Made by a program: the position numbers and the translations under genes | Assembly: GCA_046706745.1 (NCBI GenBank) | Contig: JBJKPC010000054.1 | Coordinates: 15,759-79,758, forward strand | From: Candidatus Kryptoniota bacterium | GTDB taxonomy: Bacteria > Bacteroidota > Ignavibacteria > Kryptoniales > JAKASW01 | Length of the DNA stretch: 64,000 bases | Reading direction: 5' to 3' | Notes under the pieces: model-generated | What the model saw: the letters and a program-made list of their open reading frames with translations, nothing else | Databases searched by the model: none | Told to the model about the DNA's origin: nothing | Shown here: positions 56,234-64,000 of the stretch, piece by piece | Position numbering within the stretch: position 1 is the stretch's first letter | Layout: the number at the start of each line of letters is the position of its first letter

Positions 56234-59200
56234 CTAAGGCAGAGAGATAATCCGGGCCGATGGGTATTCTCCATAAGACCTGATCTTACCCATGGCTGTC
56301 CAAGCCTCTTTCTCCGTACTAAATGTCGGAGTAAATGCTCTGAACTTTAGCCTCTCACAGTCAAAACCAACCAACGCAAGGATTCCTGTTCTCAAGCGAA
56401 AGTCCAGTGCGAACGACCGTGCCTGGCGTTCATGGTCGAATTCAGCCAGCTCGATCGTATAGCGACGAGGAAGGTTCGATTCTCCGTCTATTACTACAAA
56501 TGCGCGGCGAAAACCATGTTCCAGCTCCAGTTTATCAAGGGCCCGAGTGGCTGCCTCATCATTCTTGAACGGTCCTGCCATTACCGAGAAAAGATTTGTC
56601 GATCGTCTGAACCGAACGCTCAAACGTAGATCCGTCTCTTTCAAATTCCTCCGGACGAATTGGCTGGCTTGATCGACCGATGCAAACGCTGCGATCTGTA
56701 CCCAGTATATGTAGCGGGCATGGGGCCTTGTCGTCGAATTGACAAAAGCGTCGAAAAATCCGAACTCATCGATGAAGATAGTGAGCCGCTGAAGGGCCGT
56801 TTGTCTGCTGTCAAACGTGTCGGTCTGTACGACGAAGAGGCCCAACTGCTTGGAGGGCCGTGCCATCAGAATCTGGCCCGTCATGATCCTTGCTCTTTTT
56901 GCCAGGACTTCCGCTCGCTTCCGGGAAACGAACGCTCCGATTTGCACGACATATTTTTCAAGAGGCCGATAGATCTTTCCGGAGCTTTCTTTCAGTTTAC
57001 GCGGAGGAGTCCTCTTTTCAATTTGCTTTAGAATTATCTTGAGGCCTTCCACGAAATCCCCGTTCTTCGTCGGCTTGATGTTGAAATTCAAGATCGCAGG
57101 ATCCGCATATACTCCGAGGACCGAGAGCTGTGTCGAGTCCACGTACGCCTCATACTCTCCCGGTTGCAATCCCATGTAGTAGAAGCTTCCGTCGTTGAAA
57201 ACAGAAACGCTTGTTGTCCTGCCGGTCGATTTGGATTTGATATATAGAGTCAGTCCGGGTACAGACGTCATCTTCGTGCCGGCAAGGCGGAGAACCTTGC
57301 CCTCAACTATCCCCCCGACGAAGAACGGCACGTCGATCCTCTTGTATGAATTGGGATCTGTAATGAACGAGAACGACCTCAGCTTCGGGATCCACAATGG
57401 GTTCCTGATCGAGCTGAGGTCCACATCGGCGCTGTACTGCGTATAAGGAAGAAGATTCCAGTCCCTGATAATCCCATCGGAAGAAGTCTCGCTAGCGACG
57501 GCCTGTCTGAGCGTTACCTCTCCATTCTTAATTATCTCTTCCCCTTTATCGTATTTCCCGTTGCCATTCGCGTCAACGAACATTCTGATCGATGCGGCGG
57601 AGCGCCCGACCCAGGGCAAATTGTTGAATAGAAAGGTCTTATAGTTGCTGTCATACCCTATCGACCCGCTTAAATTCTCGGTATAATATCCCGCGCCGTT
57701 TCGAACTTGAGCACCCGTGGTGGATCTGGTGAACGGAAGATCGGCAATGATCTGAAGGTTGAAAGTAGTCGCTCTATTTATATAGTCGCGTTCTGCAGAA
57801 AAACCTATCCTTATATACCTTAGTACGTTTCGCGAGAGCTGGAACGATATGTCGTCCAGCGAGTTCTTGAGCACACCGTATCTTCCGGTGGCGTTCACAA
57901 GGGTACCGTTCAGAAATTCAAACGGCCCCTGCCCAAAGAACATCGAATAGAGCACTGAGGCGGAGAGCGTATAGTTGTCTACTACATTCGAGTGACCGTA
58001 GTCGATGATGGATTTAAGATAGCCGATCGTTGCGTTTAGCTGGGAAACGCTTGTGGATAAATATGCCGAGTAGTTGTATGCCTTCTGACCAAGAGAGTAT
58101 TCCTGCGCATTACCTGTCGCCCTGAAATTGAAGCTGCTGCCTCCAAGGGAGAACGGAACATACAGGTCTGCCTGTCCCTCCTGAATCTTGAGACTTGGAT
58201 TGTAAAGAAGATTTTCCCGATAACGTGAATACGACAGATCGAAAGCTGCCTGAGAAGCATATAGGGCGCTGAACGTCGATCTGTAAAATGCGAGAGGAGC
58301 CGCGTCGAAACTTATTGTATACTGCGGTCCCAAACGGAGGTATAGGGAATTGTAAAAAAGTGGCTTCGAGAAGTACGGGTTGTCGACATAGTCCACGCCC
58401 ACTTTATCGCTCAGCCAGCTGGTAAAACCGTAAATTACGTTTGCGGACAGGAAATTATAGTTGGTATTGTTCAATTTGCCGCCGCCGACGGTATAGTTCA
58501 CTTCTCCCGCGGGCACAAAGGAAAAAGGGATCTGGAGTCTCCTGTCCACTTCGTTGAATTGGCCGTTGGGACCATAATACTTCAGCTGAATGAATGAAGT
58601 TCCGTAAACCAGCGGGATCGAGAACTGTGCGCGTCCCTGTTTGTCCGCCTTCTTGTAGCCTACAAGCTGCCCGTTCAGGTAAAGTTCGACATCCCAGCCG
58701 GGATTTGTGCTGGCGTGCACAATGTACTGACTGAAAAGCGTTCTGACGGTAAGCGGTTCGTTGGAAACTTGCGCTCCGCGAAAGCCAAATTGTGTCAGAC
58801 CGTTCGAATAGAGATTGCCCAGGCCAGCGTATGTTATGTAGGAGGTGGAGTCGAAAGCATACTTCCAGCTCAGGTCGCTCGAATAGATCTTTGAACCCGC
58901 TCCCGTTGAGGTTCCCAGAAGACTTCCTTCGGTTTCACCGCCGAGGACCTCGCCTCCGCCGGTGAATTGATAAGTGTAAGCAGACTGGTTCCCTCCTGTG
59001 TATGCCGAGAGCGAGTAATCCAGGATCCCCCCGTCCAGCAGATGCCGATGTCGCGGGAATGCGAGCGGCGCCTGAATCAGGTTCAATTCCGGAGAAACCA
59101 CCATGTAGTTCCTCCGTGTTTGTCTCCGATAGTCCTGGAGCACAGGGAGTTCCTTCTGTGTGTTGAGAGCAAGTGAAAGGGAATTGAAATCTACCGTGAA

Positions 59201-59635
59201 ACTGAGTCCGAAGATCGTTTTGAAAAATGAGGGGAGGGCATAGAAATCCAGTGGTCCGATGATGACCTTTGCCGTATCGAATCTGATTCTTCTCCCGCCG
59301 ATCTCGGCAATTCCTTTACTGAAATCTATATCGTACTTATCCGACGCCCTTATGTAAAACCCTTTCAGGGTCTTTGCCCGCATATCGGCAGTCTCGTCTA
59401 TCCTCAGTTGTTTAAAGACCGCCCCGATCGGTATGTATACGGAGTCGCGATAATAATACGCCGTTATGACGGAGTTCACCAGGCCGCTATAACTGAAAGA
59501 GAGAAAAATCTCCTGCTTATTTGAACTCGGGGGAATATCCTGCGCCCACCCTGATGAGGCAAACACGACGACAAGAATCGCAGTCAAAAGAGATTTTTGT
59601 GCGCAGATAAGTAACTCCCGCGTGTTTCTATTCAC
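56234..59635 (-). CDS. Usher-like outer-membrane protein fused to three C-terminal SPOR repeats
   Basis: Signal peptide ...VVFASSGWAQ. About 800 aa of Y/G/S/N-rich alternating beta pattern. Plug-like insert 'WDVELYLNGQLVGYKKADKQGRAQFSIPLVYGTSFIQLKYYGPNGQFNEV'. Two Ig/CarboxypepD_reg-like modules ('IRMFVDANGNGKYDKGEE', 'GIVEGKVLRL...NDGSFYYMGLQPGEYEAYV'). The last 241 aa are 3 SPOR-like repeats. Confidence 0.55.
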   Translation of the reverse strand: MNRNTRELLICAQKSLLTAILVVVFASSGWAQDIPPSSNKQEIFLSFSYSGLVNSVITAYYYRDSVYIPIGAVFKQLRIDETADMRAKTLKGFYIRASDKYDIDFSKGIAEIGGRRIRFDTAKVIIGPLDFYALPSFFKTIFGLSFTVDFNSLSLALNTQKELPVLQDYRRQTRRNYMVVSPELNLIQAPLAFPRHRHLLDGGILDYSLSAYTGGNQSAYTYQFTGGGEVLGGETEGSLLGTSTGAGSKIYSSDLSWKYAFDSTSYITYAGLGNLYSNGLTQFGFRGAQVSNEPLTVRTLFSQYIVHASTNPGWDVELYLNGQLVGYKKADKQGRAQFSIPLVYGTSFIQLKYYGPNGQFNEVDRRLQIPFSFVPAGEVNYTVGGGKLNNTNYNFLSANVIYGFTSWLSDKVGVDYVDNPYFSKPLFYNSLYLRLGPQYTISFDAAPLAFYRSTFSALYASQAAFDLSYSRYRENLLYNPSLKIQEGQADLYVPFSLGGSSFNFRATGNAQEYSLGQKAYNYSAYLSTSVSQLNATIGYLKSIIDYGHSNVVDNYTLSASVLYSMFFGQGPFEFLNGTLVNATGRYGVLKNSLDDISFQLSRNVLRYIRIGFSAERDYINRATTFNLQIIADLPFTRSTTGAQVRNGAGYYTENLSGSIGYDSNYKTFLFNNLPWVGRSAASIRMFVDANGNGKYDKGEEIIKNGEVTLRQAVASETSSDGIIRDWNLLPYTQYSADVDLSSIRNPLWIPKLRSFSFITDPNSYKRIDVPFFVGGIVEGKVLRLAGTKMTSVPGLTLYIKSKSTGRTTSVSVFNDGSFYYMGLQPGEYEAYVDSTQLSVLGVYADPAILNFNIKPTKNGDFVEGLKIILKQIEKRTPPRKLKESSGKIYRPLEKYVVQIGAFVSRKRAEVLAKRARIMTGQILMARPSKQLGLFVVQTDTFDSRQTALQRLTIFIDEFGFFDAFVNSTTRPHARYIYWVQIAAFASVDQASQFVRRNLKETDLRLSVRFRRSTNLFSVMAGPFKNDEAATRALDKLELEHGFRRAFVVIDGESNLPRRYTIELAEFDHERQARSFALDFRLRTGILALVGFDCERLKFRAFTPTFSTEKEAWTAMGKIRSYGEYPSARIISLP

Positions 59636-59687
59636 TGGACCATAAACGACACGTTTGCCCGGAACAGACCTGTAGAAGGTCAGAGGT

Positions 59688-60509
59688 TCAATTTATACTG
59701 AAAGTCATCGACTTGGTTACCGTCGGGACTTTCAACAAGTCCTCAGCAGGTATGTCGCTCCTGTCGGATTCGAGCTTGACCTCAGCAGTATACGTCCCGC
59801 CGTGAAGGTCCGAAAGCGGTATCGCAAATCTTACCACCATGCTGCTCGGGTAGATGGCAAGCACTTCCTGACTGGAGTAGATCGTGCTGCCTGCCGCATT
59901 CTTCACGATTGCATTCATCTTGCCGAAGAACGGCGAGTTCCCTCCGCGTGACACATAAGCGAGCAGGTTCATAGATGCAGAATCCGGAACCGCATGCAAC
60001 CGGGGAATCTCAACGCTCGTATTAACATAGCCTTTCTTGTACAGCACAGTCGTCACCTGTCTGAGGACGAAGGTGATGTTAGCGGTTATGCCTGTTCTAA
60101 CCGTGTCGATGGTTTTGGCCTGCGGGGTTGAACTGGTGATCAATCTCGTCCAGTACTCGCCCTCCGGGATATCGGGAGGAGGGGACACCAGCAGTCTAAC
60201 CGTCTGTTGTTTACCGGGATCGATTATGAATTTCTGCGGAAACCCTCTCAGCCACTGCTGGCAGGAGTGCTCACGAGCCATCAAGCTATCGTCGTACTGC
60301 ATCCGGACATTCCCGACAGAGTCGGATTCCGGGAACCCAAACCTGAATGATATGCTGATCTCCTGAGGCGTGTCTGACCGGTTCATCACGACAAATGTCC
60401 CGAACGGTGACTGGTTGCTCATGAAAAGGATCGTAGGAGCAACGACAACTTGGGCCCGGGACACAGCTACAAAAGACAGGATCAACAACGCGGATAAGAT
60501 CTTCTTCAT
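59688..60509 (-). CDS. Periplasmic two-Ig-domain protein, PapD-like chaperone candidate
   Basis: Signal peptide MKKILSALLILSFVAVSRAQ. 'VVVAPTILFMSNQSPFGTFVVMNRSDTPQEISI' and 'FPQKFIIDPGKQQTVRLLVSPPPDIPEGEYWTRL' follow the chaperone N-domain pattern. A second beta-rich domain follows. Confidence 0.5.
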   Translation of the reverse strand: MKKILSALLILSFVAVSRAQVVVAPTILFMSNQSPFGTFVVMNRSDTPQEISISFRFGFPESDSVGNVRMQYDDSLMAREHSCQQWLRGFPQKFIIDPGKQQTVRLLVSPPPDIPEGEYWTRLITSSTPQAKTIDTVRTGITANITFVLRQVTTVLYKKGYVNTSVEIPRLHAVPDSASMNLLAYVSRGGNSPFFGKMNAIVKNAAGSTIYSSQEVLAIYPSSMVVRFAIPLSDLHGGTYTAEVKLESDRSDIPAEDLLKVPTVTKSMTFSIN

Positions 60510-60548
60510 GGCACCAATTTAAACATTTAGTGGTTATCTCCCAATTGC

Positions 60549-61481
60549 TCAGTAGTTTACTGTCAGGGTAAATGTGCCCGAATAGTTGCCCGGCGCCTGA
60601 TTTGGTGGAACAGGGTCGAGTGACCCACCAAGCCAGAAATAGTAATATCCGGTCGACTGGCGATTTCCGCTCAAGCGAACTCTTTGGCCGGAAGAAATTG
60701 CGGTCGCCCCCGCCTGGTTGGTCGGAATGTCTGTCCCGCTTACACTGGGAGTGAAAGTCAACGTGTTGCCGTGCGAATCGTCCAAGGATGTTGTCGCAGA
60801 GTATGTGACGGTTATGTGTTTGCCGCCGGAGCCAGCCGCCGTGATCTCCGGAGCCGAGCCGCTCTGGGGACTCAATGAGGGAGGCGTTGTACCCGCAACA
60901 ATTAACCCGAAATCCAGCGTACCCGTCGACATTAGCGTAAGCCCCTGGATCACGCTGGATGACAGACTTATGTCCTGACTGGTCTGAAATTGATTGAAAG
61001 GATAGAATGTCCAGACCATAGCATCCACATTGATGGTTCCAGTATAATCCCCCGACGCCTGATTGTTGCCCGGACTGACGGTTCCGCCGATCCATATATA
61101 GAGTGTCAAGGGAGCATTCGATCCTGTAAGAGTTTGATAGCCTGAGCTCGGATCAAAGACCGTGCTCCCGGAGAAACTGTTAGTGGTATTCCATGCGGCC
61201 GAATTTGTTCCAAACGAAACGGGGAGCGAGTAACCTCCCGAGATGAGGGCGGCGGGCAAATTGAAGGTAATGCGGTCGTAACCGTAGCCGCTATGACCGG
61301 GGAATTGGACCTCGATTTCAGCCGCGCCGGGATCGGAAGGTGCAATTGTGTTGCTCGTGCCGCTTATAACCATTCCGAGAGACATGTTCCTGAGAAGTGT
61401 GATGGTGGGTGTCTGCGCGCTGGATTTAACCGCGAAGAGCAGAAGGCAACCGGCAATCAGTATCATTCGTTTGTTCTTCAT
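60549..61481 (-). CDS. Secreted tandem (2x) DUF4402/SCPU-like subunit
   Basis: Signal peptide ...FAVKSSAQ. The first half ends 'ASGDYTGTINVDA'. The second half starts 'LTLMSTGTLDFGLIVAGT' and ends 'APGNYSGTFTLTVNY*'. Confidence 0.6.
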   Translation of the reverse strand: MKNKRMILIAGCLLLFAVKSSAQTPTITLLRNMSLGMVISGTSNTIAPSDPGAAEIEVQFPGHSGYGYDRITFNLPAALISGGYSLPVSFGTNSAAWNTTNSFSGSTVFDPSSGYQTLTGSNAPLTLYIWIGGTVSPGNNQASGDYTGTINVDAMVWTFYPFNQFQTSQDISLSSSVIQGLTLMSTGTLDFGLIVAGTTPPSLSPQSGSAPEITAAGSGGKHITVTYSATTSLDDSHGNTLTFTPSVSGTDIPTNQAGATAISSGQRVRLSGNRQSTGYYYFWLGGSLDPVPPNQAPGNYSGTFTLTVNY

Positions 61482-61656
61482 CCGCGCCGTTCCAAACTTA
61501 ACTCATTTGCTGAAATAAAAACATTGAGTGAGCCGTCGGCTTCGGTGCCATAGTAATCCGGGGATGATTTCACAGAGCACGACATCGTGACCGGTGGTAT
61601 CTTGAAGTTTCCTGATATTGAGGCAGAAGCGAAATTGTGGTGCATAACTAATACAA

Positions 61657-61678
61657 GGCCCGGCATCGCTGCCGAGCC
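61657..61678 (-). terminator. Intra-operon hairpin (9-bp stem, GCGA tetraloop) after the first subunit gene; candidate attenuator/partial terminator
   Basis: Minus strand: GGCTCGGCA-GCGA-TGCCGGGCC followed by TTGTATTAGTTATG, about 60 nt after the stop of 61739-62242. Confidence 0.35.
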
Positions 61679-61738
61679 CCCCTCCTTTGTCCAAAATGCG
61701 CAGGACTCAACCTGCCACTTGTTTCTCAGTTGACGGGA

Positions 61739-62242
61739 TCAGTTGTAGACTGCCGTCAGTGTAAAAGTGCCCGTGTACGTGCCGGCCGGTTCGGAACCGC
61801 CTAAGGTCACGTCGCCGCCGAGCAAGAAATAGAAATGACCGGTGCCGGTGGGGTATGTTCCGCTGAGCTTGTAAGCCGTTCCCGCCACGGCTGCAGTCCC
61901 CGCCGTTGTACCGTCGGTGCTTTCGACCAGGTTCACATCGAACGTTACGTTGTTCCCGCTTCCGTCGGAGAGCGTCACCGTACTCGGGAAGGCATTTAGC
62001 TCGAATGTCGCACCAGAAGTTCCGGAGACATCGAATTTAGCCCCCGCAGTCGGGGCAACTGGCGTAAGAGCACCGGTAGTTCCTGTCACGACGTTGCCGA
62101 AGTCGACGGCTCCCGTGACGTTCATCTGCATTCCCTCGAGCATCTGCAGGGAAATATTCGCAGAACCCTGCGCAGTTGTCTGTCCAAATGACAATGCAGC
62201 GGTGGTCAGCACGATCGCGCCAACGAGCATTAATTTCTTCAT
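61739..62242 (-). CDS. Secreted single-domain DUF4402/SCPU-like subunit (candidate major fibre subunit)
   Basis: Signal peptide MKKLMLVGAIVLTTAALSFGQ; 'VTGAVDFGNVVTGTTG', 'GHFYFLLGGDVTLGGSEPAGTYTGTFTLTAVYN*'. First gene of the operon; AGGAG lies 9 nt before the ATG. Confidence 0.65.
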   Translation of the reverse strand: MKKLMLVGAIVLTTAALSFGQTTAQGSANISLQMLEGMQMNVTGAVDFGNVVTGTTGALTPVAPTAGAKFDVSGTSGATFELNAFPSTVTLSDGSGNNVTFDVNLVESTDGTTAGTAAVAGTAYKLSGTYPTGTGHFYFLLGGDVTLGGSEPAGTYTGTFTLTAVYN

Positions 62243-62286
62243 CGCATGTCTCCTGTAAGTTGTTATATCCGAAAGATTTCATTCTA

Positions 62287-62306
62287 TTCTTCCCTGAAGG
62301 GAAGAA
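62287..62306. promoter_or_regulatory. Perfect palindrome TTCTTCCCT-GA-AGGGAAGAA in the leader of the fibre operon
   Basis: 9-nt arms with a 2-nt spacer, 45-64 nt upstream of ATG 62242. Adjacent CTCAA-C-TTGAG palindrome (62317-62327) and a 14/15 long-range inverted repeat (62307-62321 / 62399-62413). Confidence 0.4.
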
Positions 62307-62864
62307 CCGCCAAACGCTCAACTTGAGTTGTTTCTTTTGTCGTCACCTCCTAATTAACAAGCTTCGTGCCGTAAATGGGACTTTAGATAGGTTCCAGATT
62401 GAGCGTTTTGCGGCCAGTAATGAGAATTGGGTTACGATTTCGTAATGCAGTTCCTGCGGAATGTAATGCATTATGATTCAGTGGGTTGCGGGTCAATCGA
62501 AGCCTTCATAGGCATTGGAGCAAATCTTCTCGACTTCCAGAACCGACCGGGAGAAGGCATCGATGGCGTTTGCTGACAACGTCGCCAGACGGATACCCAC
62601 GCCGATTCGTGGTTTCGTGAGATCCGATTGACCGGAGACAATTGAAGGAAGGAATCTACTGGAAAGTTCACCCATGTCTTTCCTGAACGATCGGTCACCC
62701 TAAGAAATTTCGCAACAATGGTATGAACTTCGGGGCAAGCACCAAGTCCTTCTCCTCGCTGCCACGAACGTGGTCCTTCAAACAAGACGCAACGGTCGAG
62801 GCCAAGCCCTGTCGGCGGACATAGGCAGACTCACACACTTCGACCCCCTACGGCCGAAAGCCTT

Positions 62865-64000
62865 TTACTGCAGCCTGATGGTCCGTATTGATGCGTCGAA
62901 AGGAAAAGAAATCTGTACCAGGTTGCCGCGGAGATTTTTCACGGTGCCTTTGAAGGACTTTCCGTCTCTTGCCGTGGCCTCGGCACTTCGTACAGGCTTG
63001 GACATTTTCAGTCGAACGGCAATCTCTTTGTACGCCGGCTTGAAACTCCCCTCGTTCGTGAACTCGATTTCAGCACCCATTCCTTTTCTCTTCATCGATA
63101 CTTCCATATTGAGATACTCGCCCCGACGAAAAGCATACGTTTCCCCGTCATCGAAATAAGCTTTGCCTTCCGCGTCTGTCTCCCCGTACGCTCTGAGATA
63201 AAGCGTATCCGCCTGTTCGCTTGTGGACTGGATATGGCTCTGCGTGAAGAGTACCGTCCCCTCCCTTACGAAGACCGGTGTAACTCCCAGCGGCGCTTCA
63301 ACTTCGTGCCATCCTCCGTGCAGGTCGGCGCCGCCGTCGATGCTCGTCCAGTCTCCAGCAGGCAGGTAGACTTTTCGCCTTACGACTCCGGAATCTAAAA
63401 CCGGTGCAACGAGGAGCTTGCTTCCGAAAGTAAACTCGTTGTCTAATTTGTAAGCTTGGGCATCGTGCGGAAAGTCGATGTAGAGCGGCCGGACGATCGG
63501 CAGACCGGTTTCATGGGCAATTCTGAATGCCGTATAAATCTCCGGCATCAACTCGTATCTGCGGTCGATAGTCCTGCGATTTATCTTCGTATACTCCGGG
63601 CCGAACACCCAGGGCTCACGCGGCTTCGAGTCTTTGGTGCTGTGGGTTCTGAAGAATGGCGTAAACGTGCCGAGCTCAAGCCAGCGCGTGTAAAGTTCGG
63701 CGGACGGGTTCCCGACGAAACCTCCGATGTCGCTGCCTACGAAAGGCTGCCCGCTCACCCCGATGTTCAGGAACATGGCCAGGGCGAGTCTCAGATGGGC
63801 AAAGCTCGCGAAGTTGTCACCTGTCCACATCGCCGCGTACCGCTGTCCGCCGGCATAGTTCGCGCGTGTAAGAACGAACGGGCGTTTCCCTGGCCGGAGC
63901 TTTTCGACACCGTCGCGCGTTGCCCTCGCCATCTGCATCCCGTATGCGTTGTGTACTTCGTAGTGTTCCACCGTATCGCCGTCGATATCCTGCAGGACAT
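62865..64000 (-). CDS. Glycoside hydrolase family 31 (alpha-glucosidase-like), C-terminal part; continues past right edge
   Basis: 'RPFVLTRANYAGGQRYAAMWTGDN', 'GQPFVGSDIGGF', 'FFRTHS'. The frame stays open from 63971 to 64000 (...VLQDIDGDTVEHYEVHNAYG). Confidence 0.85.
   Translation of the reverse strand, partial: VLQDIDGDTVEHYEVHNAYGMQMARATRDGVEKLRPGKRPFVLTRANYAGGQRYAAMWTGDNFASFAHLRLALAMFLNIGVSGQPFVGSDIGGFVGNPSAELYTRWLELGTFTPFFRTHSTKDSKPREPWVFGPEYTKINRRTIDRRYELMPEIYTAFRIAHETGLPIVRPLYIDFPHDAQAYKLDNEFTFGSKLLVAPVLDSGVVRRKVYLPAGDWTSIDGGADLHGGWHEVEAPLGVTPVFVREGTVLFTQSHIQSTSEQADTLYLRAYGETDAEGKAYFDDGETYAFRRGEYLNMEVSMKRKGMGAEIEFTNEGSFKPAYKEIAVRLKMSKPVRSAEATARDGKSFKGTVKNLRGNLVQISFPFDASIRTIRLQ

Noticed and set aside
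62466-62864. A plus-strand 36-codon ORF 'MHYDSVGCGSIEAFIGIGANLLD...' resembles the N-terminus of HPPK/FolK (..AYIAIGSNL..). It might mark a decayed folK in the 620-bp ORF-free stretch upstream of the fibre operon.
   Set aside because: The match is one short motif. Downstream frames give only vague resemblance (..FLN.., ..GRG..DIG..) and are interrupted by many stops. This is not supportable without a blastx or HMM search.

Overview
Chromosomal segment of a diderm bacterium. It is possibly from the FCB-type radiation or a neighbouring uncultured phylum; this is inferred only from GWxTD, PorV/PorQ-like, DUF4402-like, SPOR and GT9-like proteins, and no database search was possible. There are about 60 tightly packed protein genes, nearly all on the minus strand. 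The ORF track translates GTG/TTG starts as M, so several starts were moved to internal ATGs with better Shine-Dalgarno spacing.

Core content: acyl-CoA dehydrogenase, PpiD-like chaperone, purA, secDF, surE, trxA, pepA, a DHH/NrnA-like phosphoesterase, korAB (2-oxoacid:ferredoxin oxidoreductase), the rpsF-ssb-rpsR-rplI cluster, pth, rplY, prs, tRNA-Gln, dnaX, lon and maeB. A GH31 glycosidase runs off the right edge. A PA0069-type radical SAM gene runs off the left edge and is missing from the ORF track.

Accessory and regulatory loci:
- an ArsR / thioredoxin-like / permease module
- a nine-gene thiol-redox island at 19.2-23.0 kb
- an ECF sigma / anti-sigma / 2x DUF4097 operon
- a partner-switching module with no sigma factor nearby (two SpoIIE/PP2C phosphatases, a STAS protein, an RsbW-like kinase), plus a second STAS gene overlapping secF

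Most interesting observations:
1. A five-gene operon of secreted proteins at 55.6-62.3 kb reads as a divergent chaperone-usher-like fibre assembly system. It is built on DUF4402/SCPU-like subunits, and its usher-like barrel ends in three SPOR repeats.
2. A minimal GIY-YIG nuclease gene is wedged between tRNA-Gln and a tRNA-Gln-derived pseudo-tRNA, bounded by 42-bp perfect direct repeats.
3. dnaX carries an A9 slippery run with stops in both alternative frames.
4. Smaller oddities: an in-frame TAA in a VOC gene, rpsF without an ATG/GTG/TTG start, an SSB without the canonical acidic tip, and several 400-600 bp structured non-coding gaps.

No rRNA, CRISPR array, transposase or integrase was seen.
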